Of a DNA stretch of 64,000 bases, positions 1-10,369 are shown piece by piece. This DNA is from Epithemia pelagica. Its lineage: Eukaryota; Protista; Bacillariophyta. The DNA is taken from positions 2,790,001-2,854,000 of the forward strand of contig OX337238.1 in assembly GCA_946965045.2 (NCBI GenBank), given 5' to 3'. Position numbers and translations under genes: made by a program. The notes beneath the pieces were generated by a model. The model worked only from the letters and a program-made list of their open reading frames with translations, was not told the DNA's origin and did no database searches. The stretch's first letter is position 1; every line of letters begins with the position of its first letter.

Positions 1-654
1 TCAATCTGGACTTGCTGCTGGCGTACCGTCATGCTTGTTGTTGTTGTTGTTGGAGTGTCGGTGGGAGCATCTCCTCCTCCTCTTTCGTCATGGACGATTG
101 CCAAGGATGAAGATCCAACACATGGATCCAGGCCGGGTGGTTGGCAATTCTCCTGCTGCTGATGGAGTACAAACGAGTTGTTGCTGTCGGTGGATTCCGT
201 TCCAGAACAAGTAGTGTCTACATGCCACAAAGAACAAGAGGAAGAAGAACCACAAGAAGAATCCTCCTCATACTGCTCCACCCCTGGCGGTGGTGTTCTG
301 GTTGCGTCAGTGTTCGGATCTGGATCCTCTGGCTGCTCTTGTTGTGGTGGTGATTGTTGTTGTTCTTGTTGTGAACTGGAAGAGGAGGAGCAGGACCACC
401 ACCGCCCATGACACACATTGCAAAAAACACCACCAGCGTTCTCACCCAAAGAGCCGTGTGGAAGGAAAGCTTGCCGACGACGTCGTCGTCTCGAGTGTTT
501 GTTGTTGGGAGTGATGCTGTGGCTGCTGCTCCTCCAAATCAATTGGACACGTCGTCGACGAGGGCGAGGACGAATGGCAGATGATTGGTAACGACCACCA
601 CGACAACAACTCCGACAACACTGATCCTTGCCATTGGTTGTTTCGTGATAATGT

Positions 655-707
<53 letters not shown>

Positions 708-819
708 CGAGCATGACGACACTGTGGGTCCAGGCCTGCCACAAGTTGTAAAAGGCGACATCCTCATCCTGATTGGGCTCCACCACTGCCTCGGCAGAAC
801 CCTGCGAGGTGCATGTCAT
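1..819 (-). pseudogene. 5' part of an unknown low-complexity gene ('gene X'), paralog of 31678-33381; appears frameshifted and runs off the window edge
   Basis: ATG at 819 gives MTCTSQGSAEAVVEPNQDEDVAFYNLWQAWT, versus MTCSSQGSAVAVVEPNPDEDVAFYNLWQAWT at 33381. After the poly-Q tract the frame departs from the paralog and stops at 442. Confidence 0.6.
654..707 (+). repeat. (GTT)n microsatellite; encodes the poly-Q tract of gene X on the - strand
   Basis: Pure GTT run seen directly; longer than the tract in the paralog near 33250. Confidence 0.95.
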
Positions 820-1342
820 GGTAGATTCAACACATACACCAACAGAGAAATGATGAGGATGCGCGTGTTGGGTGGAAGGAACCAGGGTGTGGAAGTTGAA
901 CTTGGCCATTTTCCAATTTCCAAATATTTTTACCAAAAAAGTTGCATTTTCACCATTTTTAGTTCATTTCCCCCCCTTTTTTTACCAACTTCGTGTCTAT
1001 AATTCATTCGCAACGAATATTTCTATGACTTTTCGTCGATAAATTGCAACTTTACATTCAGCATAATTTCCCTAAGTTGCATTCAATTTCCTCGCAATTC
1101 TCCTCTGACTTACTATCAAAAGTCTATTCTCATAGTCATCGGTTCCAACTTTTCTGTACAAATCTATTTCCAATTTTCTTTGTTCTCTCCTACCAGCCTA
1201 CAATATACTCCAGTCAATTACTTCCTAACACACACTAAGATCACTTCTTTCGTTCCACATGTTGCTTGATATTCCTCTCGCCTCTCGACATGTTTCGCCA
1301 CTCATCACTCATTCAAGACATGAATGAAGTGACCAGTGACCA

Positions 1343-4300
1343 GTGACCATCAGTTGCCAGTTTCCAGTCTGTATAGAAAAGAGGTGCTTCCCACTCCCAA
1401 CTCACCAACTGTTTTGCATATTCGAGACTCCAGAGACCTTCTCACTTCTCACCCACATGTCTCAGGGTCTCTTGGGGCTTGTCATAACGAGTATCAATAA
1501 TTCACCGGCTGTTTCAACTCTTTCTCCTCCAACCATTGCAATGTCCCCGCCCCCTACCAACACAAGAGGACAATCTCGCCGAGCTTCTGTTTCATCTTTG
1601 GAATCATCAGTTCCCAACAACCGTGCAACTAACAACAACACCAATCCATCAGACAACGTGAATCTCAATATGAACAACGAAAACAACGACAACGATAACG
1701 AAGACGATGAATCTGTTTCTCCCGAACGAAGAGAAGAAATAAAACTTGAAAAGTCGTTCATTTCGTTCCAATCTATTGCAAGATCAAAACAATTTCGTAA
1801 TTTCTACAGATCTTTTTGGGGCACGGTTCGATACATTGACTACAAGAAGCTGTCGACACACAAAGGCAAGATTTCCGAGGACAGTCTTTTGAGAATGGAG
1901 GGTCTCCTTCGCTGTTTTGACATGTTAGAACAGGCCTCCGAAGATGACATACGTGAAAACGACACTTATAAGTCCATTAACAAGAGGATGGTTGTCTGCC
2001 CTCTATGTTTTGAGAACCCCAATAAATCCCTTGACGAGTGTCTTCTTGGCCTGGGTGATGGCATTTCCTCCAACATCAAGCAACACCACGATGCTAAACA
2101 CCCTCACATCAGCGCAAGTTTGAAAGATGATGATACCAATAATGATCCTACACAATCAACGATGAAGCAATACTCTGGAACAATGGTATCTCGCTCGGAT
2201 GCCAAGTCCTTACTTCACCAAGCCATATACAGGTTTGTGAACGACAACGGATTCCCTGCTCGAACTGTGGAGAAAGACTCTTTCCGAGAACTACTGCAAT
2301 GTGCAATAGCCAATGCCCCAAAACTTTCTCCCAAGGACTGTGAAATCAGCAACAAGGCAATAACAAAAATGCGGTTGCTATCATACAATGAGTTTGTCGC
2401 AACAGTGACCATGTTGGGAAATAAGGTTAGAGCCGCATATGCCTTGTTATGCGGAAAGCCCATTGCCTTTGCCACCATATGTCACGACATATGGCAAGGC
2501 AACAACAAGGATATTTTGGGGATAACCCTGGTCTTCACTGATCCAAGAAACGGTGAAAACTATAAAATCCCCATTGGTCTTGCTAATGTCAAAGGGCATA
2601 CTGCTGTCCAGGTTGCGGAACATACGGCTAAAATCCTGAAGAATGTTTCGTTCACACAGACTGACTTGTGCAGTTCTGTGAACGACAACACTAATTCCGC
2701 CGTCCTTGCTGGCAAATACATTATTGGAAACAACAGTGGTGGAAAGTGCGACATGCACAGAGCGGAATTGATACTCAAACACACCACCGGTCTAGCAGTA
2801 CGCAAGAGGCATGGGGAAGTAATCGACAGCAATCCTTCCTTTATGAAGATATATCAAATCTTTTTCAAGTTCTCATCCTGGCTTATGAGTTCCCGGTCCC
2901 CCAAGCGATTCCAGCGTCTTAAAGAATATGCTCAAAAGAATCACCGACACATAATCAAGATCCAAATGCCTAATACAACCAGAGTAACAGGATGCATCAT
3001 TATGACGCATGACCTCTTTCGGGACAAGCATACCATGGATGCATACAAAAACCAACAGAGTTTTGAGACAAACAAAGACAAGGACTTTGTCTCAAAGTAC
3101 CCTAAAGAGAGTGAATGGCAAGCCCTTGCAGAGTTTGAAGGTGTTCTATTACCGTTGAAGAAATGTGCCATGTCACTGCAAGTGGATGATCCTTCTGCCT
3201 CGGCAGGATCCTTGTTGGAAATTTACAACAGCAAGTTTTGTGTTGAAATCATGAAAGAAAAGGGCATACCGGTTCTGGTACTGGACAGAGATGCTCCAGG
3301 AGTGACACCCTGGGATGCATCGGAAACAATCCACTCATTGCAATCGAAGCGGACCATGTTGCCCTATAATGACGCACTCGAATCAACAAAGAAACTGATT
3401 GATAGGATTTTGATCGAATACAAGACCTACATGATGGAAGGGGATGATGTTCATGCAGAACATGCCATGCTTGGTCACCCGTTTCTGTGCTATCTTGGAC
3501 CATCTATAATGAAGGAGGACATAGAAGTTTATGACGACAACGACATCAAAAGGATTCGTCGCCAGTTTGTCATGGATGTGGTACAAAAATTTACATCTCC
3601 AACATCGTCAACATCCTCTGTCTCTGGAAGCACTCAAGAAACACCTCATGTGGAGGACAACGCCAGTACTGATGATTTAAGAGACGCAAGTCAAGCGCAA
3701 CCAACAAACAGTGTTGCTAACGTGATGGATGCATTCAACATTTTCAAAGCACACCGAAGGACTAGAGAAAGAGAACATGCCACACTAACTTCTATGACTG
3801 GCCAAGCAGCGGGGAATGGACGAGATCAGACAGAAAGAGCAAAATTCTACAAGCAATGTGACAATGAATTCGGTGCCTATCTTAATTTTTGTGAGACTGT
3901 AGTTTCGCACTCATGGGCAGACCTTATCCAACAATTTCCAACACCCCTGTATGATGCTCGTTCCCAGACATGGACAGATGAGGAGCAAGATGAGTTTCTC
4001 ACCGCCTGTGCCAAGGAAGAGTTCCATGACGTGGCGCAATACTTCAATGTGATGCAGTGGTGGATGGCCAATCGCACACAGTTTCCCAAGATTTTTCCTA
4101 GTGCAATCATATGGATTTCGAAACCAGCAACGAATGCGTATCAAGAGAGAGTTTTTTCTACCAGCTCTTGGTTCGACAGGAATCCACTAATGAATCGACA
4201 AGGCAACAAGGTTTTTGAATTGAGAACCATCGAGAGTCTAAGTCGTCCAATCCGGAAAACAATAAGCGAAAGAGAAAAGGACATGTCTAACAACAAAGTG

Positions 4301-5305
4301 AAACCAGAGTTACGCAAAACCACTTCCAAAGCCAAACCAAAAGGTCGTAGAGCTGCTGCTGCTGCTGCTGCTGCTGTGACAGGAGTGGAGGATGGTTCTA
4401 CACATGAAGGTGCTATCGAAGTAATGGATACTGCCCGTGAAATAGTGGAAGTGAGTGATTCATCAACACAAGGTGAGCTAGGACGGCTCGAGAAGATTTT
4501 AGACGGAACAACGGACCTACAAGGATTTGTCGTTCAAGGAAGTGCTTTAGAGAATGGAGTGTCCGGGCAAACGTACAAATTCAAGAAACTGGGCGATAAC
4601 AACGAGGAAAAGGTAGAAGAATGGGATGATGTGGAACTGATTGACTTGGTACAGGATAAAACTGATAGGGAACAGATGGAAGCATTGAACAGAAAGATTG
4701 AAGGAGAGAAAGATAATGAGGATTCGGACGAGAGAATGGTCGAAGTTGTGGAAGAACGGAAAACGGAACTTCAGAAACTTCAAGCACTGCAGCAAAGTCT
4801 CCGACTTTGTGCCACTGGAGAGCAATCAGTCACAGGTGAGCAGAGTTTGGCAAACGCAAGTAAGGTTACGGAAAGTTCTTCGTTCCATTCGCAATCAGCA
4901 TCAGTTTCCAAAAAGGTACAGACCAGTTCCCAAAAGCGAAAGGGAAGTACAAGTAAAACCAAAAGAACCGGCCTTTCTTCACAGAAGAAACGTAAAATGA
5001 AACAGCAATCGTTGGCTTTGCGGTTTGGAGCAAAGAAGGCGCCCCCTGAACAGGTAATGGCAGAACACACTGCAACAGGCAAAACACCTCCACAAACTTC
5101 AACCACAGAAGCAAGGCGGTCTATTGACACTGGGGCATCGACTGCTCCAGTTCCAGCTTCAGCTCCAGCCGCAACGACAGCTCCAACGGCAATATCCCAG
5201 TCAGTCCAGTCAGTCGGGCAATCCACTCCAGCTCGTACTGATCAAAACGGTAATGGTGATGTAGTCGACTCACCACGTCGATCACCTCGATTGAACAAGG
5301 ATTGA
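1343..5305 (+). CDS. hAT transposase (true start probably ATG 1457 or 1541) with a long charged/low-complexity C-terminal tail
   Basis: BED-like CPLC...HHDAKH; candidate catalytic D (ICHDIWQG), D (VNDNTNSA) and E (PATNAYQERVFS, hAT dimerisation-domain pattern); CxxH motif CDMH; TTRV at the usual TRW position. Uninterrupted frame. Confidence 0.92.
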   Translation: MTISCQFPVCIEKRCFPLPTHQLFCIFETPETFSLLTHMSQGLLGLVITSINNSPAVSTLSPPTIAMSPPPTNTRGQSRRASVSSLESSVPNNRATNNNTNPSDNVNLNMNNENNDNDNEDDESVSPERREEIKLEKSFISFQSIARSKQFRNFYRSFWGTVRYIDYKKLSTHKGKISEDSLLRMEGLLRCFDMLEQASEDDIRENDTYKSINKRMVVCPLCFENPNKSLDECLLGLGDGISSNIKQHHDAKHPHISASLKDDDTNNDPTQSTMKQYSGTMVSRSDAKSLLHQAIYRFVNDNGFPARTVEKDSFRELLQCAIANAPKLSPKDCEISNKAITKMRLLSYNEFVATVTMLGNKVRAAYALLCGKPIAFATICHDIWQGNNKDILGITLVFTDPRNGENYKIPIGLANVKGHTAVQVAEHTAKILKNVSFTQTDLCSSVNDNTNSAVLAGKYIIGNNSGGKCDMHRAELILKHTTGLAVRKRHGEVIDSNPSFMKIYQIFFKFSSWLMSSRSPKRFQRLKEYAQKNHRHIIKIQMPNTTRVTGCIIMTHDLFRDKHTMDAYKNQQSFETNKDKDFVSKYPKESEWQALAEFEGVLLPLKKCAMSLQVDDPSASAGSLLEIYNSKFCVEIMKEKGIPVLVLDRDAPGVTPWDASETIHSLQSKRTMLPYNDALESTKKLIDRILIEYKTYMMEGDDVHAEHAMLGHPFLCYLGPSIMKEDIEVYDDNDIKRIRRQFVMDVVQKFTSPTSSTSSVSGSTQETPHVEDNASTDDLRDASQAQPTNSVANVMDAFNIFKAHRRTREREHATLTSMTGQAAGNGRDQTERAKFYKQCDNEFGAYLNFCETVVSHSWADLIQQFPTPLYDARSQTWTDEEQDEFLTACAKEEFHDVAQYFNVMQWWMANRTQFPKIFPSAIIWISKPATNAYQERVFSTSSWFDRNPLMNRQGNKVFELRTIESLSRPIRKTISEREKDMSNNKVKPELRKTTSKAKPKGRRAAAAAAAAVTGVEDGSTHEGAIEVMDTAREIVEVSDSSTQGELGRLEKILDGTTDLQGFVVQGSALENGVSGQTYKFKKLGDNNEEKVEEWDDVELIDLVQDKTDREQMEALNRKIEGEKDNEDSDERMVEVVEERKTELQKLQALQQSLRLCATGEQSVTGEQSLANASKVTESSSFHSQSASVSKKVQTSSQKRKGSTSKTKRTGLSSQKKRKMKQQSLALRFGAKKAPPEQVMAEHTATGKTPPQTSTTEARRSIDTGASTAPVPASAPAATTAPTAISQSVQSVGQSTPARTDQNGNGDVVDSPRRSPRLNKD

Positions 5306-5456
5306 AGACCGAATGTATAATGACAGAGTACACGAGAAGCATCAACTGAAAAAACAGAAAACAAGAAACAGAAATCGAAGAATATCGAATACTAACCATT
5401 TAGGACAGACGTAGTCGCAAGTAAGAAAAACAATATTAGTAGGAAACTTTTTATCG

Positions 5457-7274
5457 TCACTTCCCATAGCCTCGTATGATAGTGACGACTTGATTATGCA
5501 TGTAGGTCATTTGCTTCTGTGTAACATCGGTGTTGTATATTGTTGAGTCAACGTCGTTCCCATCAAAGTTGGATGAATACTCTGACAGAATCCTGCAACT
5601 CTCTAATTTCAATGCAGGCACATTGAAAATTTGCCCAATGGCACCGAAAAGAGGATTAATCTCGCCCCATACTTCGTTGACTAACCAAGATTCCAAGAAT
5701 AGGGAACAGAGCATTCCATCGTTACAGGATTTGGGGATCCAGCCAAGTAATTGGCAGCATCTGATGACATGCACATCGGATGGGATTGCTTCAACCCGTC
5801 CAAAAGAGTACGCGAGGGTGATTGCGGCCGTTTTATATCCTACTCCAGGGAGAGTAAGAAGTTCTTGCAAGGAAATGTTAGATGGTATGCGACCATCGTG
5901 TCGTTGAATGAAATAGTCTGCCGCGTTTACGATGCGTTCTGCACATTGATAAAACCGGCCACTCTCTGAGAACAGACTTGAGAACGCGTTCATTCCAAAC
6001 ATTTTGGCAACTTCCACGGTTGCTGGAGCAGATATAACCCCTGACTGGAATAATCTAGGTACCACCGTTGATAAGATTTGATCAGAGGTGTTAGAACTCA
6101 TGAGAATAACCACCAAACACATGAAACCTCGATCAAACTCATACTCATATTCCATATCAATGGCGTCGTCGATCCAAGACTCCCATGTATCTCTCGGTGC
6201 ATGGAGACCTTTTGATTGGAAGTATGAGTGCAATTTGCGCAAATTGTTTATAAAACAATGTCTCGCTTTGATTGTCTGTGGTGTTGGTTTTCGGAATTTG
6301 GCTGGCAATGATGGCAGTGAGAATTCTTTGGTGATAGCTGGGGTGCCAGGCATGTGACGAGATTGATTGTCATATTCGATTGCGACTCTTGCTTTGGAGG
6401 CATCTAGAAGGGCTTGAGAGAATATACTCTTGTCTTGTCGCGTAAGAATATTGCTTGGGCTGCGAAAAGAATTGGGCTTGGGTGAATGGGGTTTTGGTGG
6501 AGGAGACGAAGGAAGGTCATGGCTAATTCCTGTCGGTGATTCAGTTCTGTTCTGTCGTGTCTGTTGTTCAGGGGAAGTAGTAATGGTGTCTTCTAACACT
6601 TGGTCAGCCTCGTTGTCGTGTGGTCTAATCAAACTTGGGAGAAACGTTTCTAAGGCCACGATGATGGGAGATAAAGAAGTAGGGTAAAATTGTGATGAAA
6701 CCACCTTGTCATCAACATCCGCAACAGCGACCCTGCCATTATGACGAGACATCCAAAGGAGAAAACAGTCACGGACAGGCAATGATGGATTGGTGTTGAA
6801 ACATGAAGTTATGGATGATAAGTCGGCATTGTTGTGTATCTTGAATGTAGGAAGGCATTGCCCGTGTAGAATCAGAATCGGAGTGTCATTATGCTGTGAT
6901 TCCATCTTGTATGTAATAGAGGGAGCATCTGATCCGGATTGAATATCTTGGTTGGGATATAACCCGCAGTGTACCAGCTTGCAAAGGACATTTATCGCGT
7001 CCGAAAAAACCATTTGGTACGGCAGACAACATGGATGGCTGCAGTGAGTAACCAAATCATTGTTGTAGTAGTATATCTCTCCATTGTTTTGACTCAGCCA
7101 CAGAAGAACGTGATCTTTAATACTTCTCAATGTTGAATGAAACGAGTCTGTCAGAAAGTATCTTTCGTTTTCCAGTATGAACTCAATGAAAGATGATGGA
7201 GATTGGTGAAGCGTGATAATGGGTGTACAGGAAGATTCCATTAGTAATATAGAACAGTCGTCGGGACTATTCAT
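5457..7274 (-). CDS. 605-aa protein: duplicated unknown N-terminal domain plus C-terminal HhH-GPD DNA glycosylase/AP-lyase domain (endonuclease III/NTHL1-like, no 4Fe-4S motif)
   Basis: FMCLVVILMSSNTSDQ (cf. Nth LLSAQATD, NTHL1 MLSSQTKDQ). HhH LLTLPGVGYKTA with the catalytic Lys. IPSDVHV with the catalytic Asp (cf. VDTH). WGEINPLFGAIGQ (cf. NTHL1 WHEINGLLVGFGQ). ATG at 7274; the ORF lies inside the hAT TIRs. Confidence 0.9.
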   Translation of the reverse strand: MNSPDDCSILLMESSCTPIITLHQSPSSFIEFILENERYFLTDSFHSTLRSIKDHVLLWLSQNNGEIYYYNNDLVTHCSHPCCLPYQMVFSDAINVLCKLVHCGLYPNQDIQSGSDAPSITYKMESQHNDTPILILHGQCLPTFKIHNNADLSSITSCFNTNPSLPVRDCFLLWMSRHNGRVAVADVDDKVVSSQFYPTSLSPIIVALETFLPSLIRPHDNEADQVLEDTITTSPEQQTRQNRTESPTGISHDLPSSPPPKPHSPKPNSFRSPSNILTRQDKSIFSQALLDASKARVAIEYDNQSRHMPGTPAITKEFSLPSLPAKFRKPTPQTIKARHCFINNLRKLHSYFQSKGLHAPRDTWESWIDDAIDMEYEYEFDRGFMCLVVILMSSNTSDQILSTVVPRLFQSGVISAPATVEVAKMFGMNAFSSLFSESGRFYQCAERIVNAADYFIQRHDGRIPSNISLQELLTLPGVGYKTAAITLAYSFGRVEAIPSDVHVIRCCQLLGWIPKSCNDGMLCSLFLESWLVNEVWGEINPLFGAIGQIFNVPALKLESCRILSEYSSNFDGNDVDSTIYNTDVTQKQMTYMHNQVVTIIRGYGK

Positions 7275-8867
7275 GTTCTAACCAATTGGGGTTGGAGGTA
7301 ATACGAGGGAGGTGCAGCAGTGTTGGTTGTTCTTGCTTTCAAATACTTGGATGTAAGGAAAGGGACGAGGGACATGCACAGCAGTAGGAGGCGCGCAATG
7401 GGTGAAATGCATGTTTTTTGCTGGTAGTTAGGCCTTAAAGTTGCAACTTAATTCGTGTCAAGTTGGAAATGAGGCAGTCAGTGTTAATTCGTAGTTAATT
7501 TGTTAGTATTACAATGCATAAGAAATTAAGTTGGAAATATAGTGGAACCAATTAACCAAAATAAGTTCATTCGCATGGAATATATGTCAGGGGTAGATAA
7601 GTTGAAGTTAATTTGGAAGCCTATTATTACATGCGTTAAATTTGAATTCTATTTGTTGATATTAAGATATACAATTATGACGAGTAAGTCTAATCACAGT
7701 TATTGAGAATGCAACTTAAAGAAGGTATTTAATTTATGGTATTATTTGAAATAGACTTATTGGATATAAATTAGTTCCAAAAAATACGGTTTTAACTTCC
7801 ACACCCTGGAAGGAACCCTTGCCTTTGTACAGTCGCCATGACAGTAGTACACTCCCTCTTATACAGGTTCTCGTCTATGGATCGGTCCATCTCGATCCCA
7901 TCTCATCATCATCGGTTGGCATCCGAGTCCCGAGTCCCAGAAGTACTTTCGCGACCATACTTTGTAGCACCTAATACCTATCCATCCGATCCCGTCTCAA
8001 ATCCCCATCGCGCGCGCATCTCATCAAGATGTCCTGGTTGGCAGAATCACCATGACGAACTATACAACGACAAGGACAAAACGACGGCCAACACACATTC
8101 GCACGGTTCTTTCAAGAATGATGATGATGATGATGATCGAGTGACGGTGTCATTCTTCCAGACACACTCACTCGGTGCATCCTTCACAGTGTACTAGAAC
8201 GACCGATGATGAGGCTATAATGATTGATATCGAGACCAAACAATAGAAAGAAGAAGACTCTTGATTGAAGCGTTTAATGCTTAATTGTGATGGTCTTCAT
8301 CATCATCATCACACCGAAAGAGAACAAAAAAGTCTCTCACTTTTTCTCCGACCCTATAGAGTGCAATCCAATGTGGAAGAAGAAGAAAACAACAGAGGAC
8401 CCAGCAATCGGCCTGAGAAAGATCATTGGTGAAAACGTACGAGATGCTTTGTTGTGATGGTCTTCAAGATTGGAGAAAGAGTCCTGGTCCCTTTATTATG
8501 GGTATTTGCCCTGTGGTATTTGCGCCGGTTGCATTTATTAGTGTTCTTGTCGCTTCCCTACGTACGGTGGGTGATTTTCCTATCGTGGGTGCCAATTTCA
8601 AGTGATCTCGATAGAATGGCTTCTAGCATTTGTTGCATCTTCGAGTTTGCCAGTGTGGGACAACCATGCGTGGATTTGGTCCGCTTCGTTGTGCATGGAC
8701 GATGAGCTAGCGCTTGACTGCGATGCTGATGCATTGTGCAAAACAGCCCGGAAAAATCTGAAAAGGGCCTCCAGACTGCAACGGGCAAGCACTGCTACCG
8801 ATGTACAGTGGCAAAGGGGTTCCAAGGAAGTGGAATCTCTGGATTTGTGCGGGGGTGGCTTTTTAGT

Positions 8868-8961
8868 GGATGGTTTTAGAGCCGTTCATCTGTCCAAGGT
8901 CATCCATCCGATGAATAAAAGAAGGATGGTTTTGGACCCGTTCATCTGTCCAATGCCATCC
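8868..8961 (+). promoter_or_regulatory. Two copies of a 38-nt hairpin motif (consensus GGATGGTTTTGGAC-CCGTTCATCT-GTCCAAGG(T/C)CATCC) upstream of Kelch copy 1; the motif recurs before every full-length Kelch gene
   Basis: Copies at ~8868, 8924, 12450 (partial), 12508, 49382, 49438, 52811, 57085, 57140, 60311, 63815 and 63870. Regulatory role is inferred from position only. Confidence 0.5.
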
Positions 8962-9157
8962 ATCCGAGGATACCATGATTGAAATCGCCACCGTGGAGAT
9001 GCGTCCGTCGTTGCTGCCGTCTTTCGTTCCGGTTTTGGTGTAAAAGGTCCAAAATATTCAGTCCATATCGTTCGGAGTCCATTTTCGTATTTTTTCGAGG
9101 AGAAAGACGAAGCTCTAAGGTCCATTTCTTGGTGTTGTCATAAAATCTCAAAGTACC

Positions 9158-10369
9158 ATGACAACAACACTGAAACAGCAAGCAAAACAATCTGGGCTTG
9201 CCTTTCTGGACAGTGACAATAACAGTCTTGCGCCTAATTGGAATACCAATGACTGGCCTCCCCTTTTGGGTGGGTGGCGTAGGCACCATGATTCAGTCGT
9301 GCTCGACCATCCCGAACAGGATAACAATGCACAGACGGTTGTTGTTTTGGGAGGATACAAACAAAATCAAGGGTTGACCAACTCAGTTCAGCTGATGAAT
9401 TTGGCAGAAGAAAATAAGCAATGGCGGGAAGGACCGCCGTTGAACAGCAACCGAGCCTATCATGCTGCGGTGGTTTGTAGTGGAGGAGTTTACGTGATAG
9501 GAGGAGACAGTGGAAGTTCACGCTTGGATAGTATCGAACGGATTGATGTTCAAAAGTTGTATTCCGAATCCATGGAAAGTTCTACCAGCAACCAATGGAC
9601 GACCCTGACTTGTCGATTGTCGACGGCAAGAGATGAATGTTCGGCTGTTGTCGTGCACAATCGCTATATTGTCGTGATCGGTGGATCCAACGGAAACTTT
9701 TTGTCGTCGGTTGATATAATCGATACAGCTGCGCCAAGCAACCACACTGTGATTGTGGGACCATCCATGACAGTTCCTCGGTCTGGTTGTGCAAGTGCTG
9801 TCATTGGCCACCGCATTTTTGTTGTTGGAGGCCTCACTGGGTACAATGGAGATGATTTCAAATCAGTGGAGTATTTGGAGATTCATGATTTTCCCGGCAA
9901 TGAGACAATGGACACAGCAAGTGCAGTGTTTCCATCCTCACGCCGTTGGACACGTCATGACAAGCTTGAGCTTTCCATGTCACGCTGTCAGCATGCAGTT
10001 GTAGCTGTAGGATCATGTCTGATTGTTATGGGAGGCTACTTTGGCGTGGACACTGCAGAAGTCTTGGATACTCGCCGAAACGCTGTGTGGACCTTTCCCC
10101 AATTATCAGGGCAGCGTTATATCTCCGATGCAGTGGTTCACTCGAGGGGAATTGCTGTGATTAATGGAGATGACAATGCTTCTTGTGCGACACTATCGTT
10201 GTTTGACAAGAATACGTGGTGTTTTCGTCGACTTATTGAGCAGGTGCCGAGTACAATCTTTGGGACCAGAACAGACTCACTGCGATCTGCTCTGGAAGCT
10301 ACTAAAGTATTGAAGGAGTTTGATGAACGCCCTAATAAGAAGTTATCAACTGGGAAAACTCAAACGTAG
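9158..10369 (+). CDS. Kelch-repeat beta-propeller protein, copy 1 (403 aa, intact)
   Basis: Repeated Kelch units (R-x-x-H/x-A-V-V...VxGG...Y/S-V-E...W), e.g. RAYHAAVVCSGGVYVIGG and RSGCASAVIGHRIFVVGG. Intronless; no obvious BTB, F-box or signal peptide. Confidence 0.93.
   Translation: MTTTLKQQAKQSGLAFLDSDNNSLAPNWNTNDWPPLLGGWRRHHDSVVLDHPEQDNNAQTVVVLGGYKQNQGLTNSVQLMNLAEENKQWREGPPLNSNRAYHAAVVCSGGVYVIGGDSGSSRLDSIERIDVQKLYSESMESSTSNQWTTLTCRLSTARDECSAVVVHNRYIVVIGGSNGNFLSSVDIIDTAAPSNHTVIVGPSMTVPRSGCASAVIGHRIFVVGGLTGYNGDDFKSVEYLEIHDFPGNETMDTASAVFPSSRRWTRHDKLELSMSRCQHAVVAVGSCLIVMGGYFGVDTAEVLDTRRNAVWTFPQLSGQRYISDAVVHSRGIAVINGDDNASCATLSLFDKNTWCFRRLIEQVPSTIFGTRTDSLRSALEATKVLKEFDERPNKKLSTGKTQT

Larger units (their letters stand above)
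883..7808 (+). mobile_element. hAT-superfamily DNA transposon, 6926 bp, two convergent genes
   Basis: 15-bp perfect TIR CAGGGTGTGGAAGTT (883-897 and 7794-7808). 8-bp TSD GAAGGAAC (875-882 and 7809-7816). The paralogous empty site near 33425-33445 reads GTGGAAGGAACCCTTGCC with one copy. AT-rich subterminal regions; hAT transposase ORF inside. Confidence 0.96.

Noticed and set aside
141-1002. Poly-L, poly-V and poly-T short ORFs here and at 32000-33300, 34700-35500 and 51500-52200
   Set aside because: They are alternative-frame or antisense readings of microsatellites and low-complexity DNA.
5457-7274. Bacterial contamination or a host nth gene misassembled next to the transposase
   Set aside because: The ORF sits between matched TIRs with a TSD validated by an empty paralogous site, and it has a non-bacterial N-terminal architecture.
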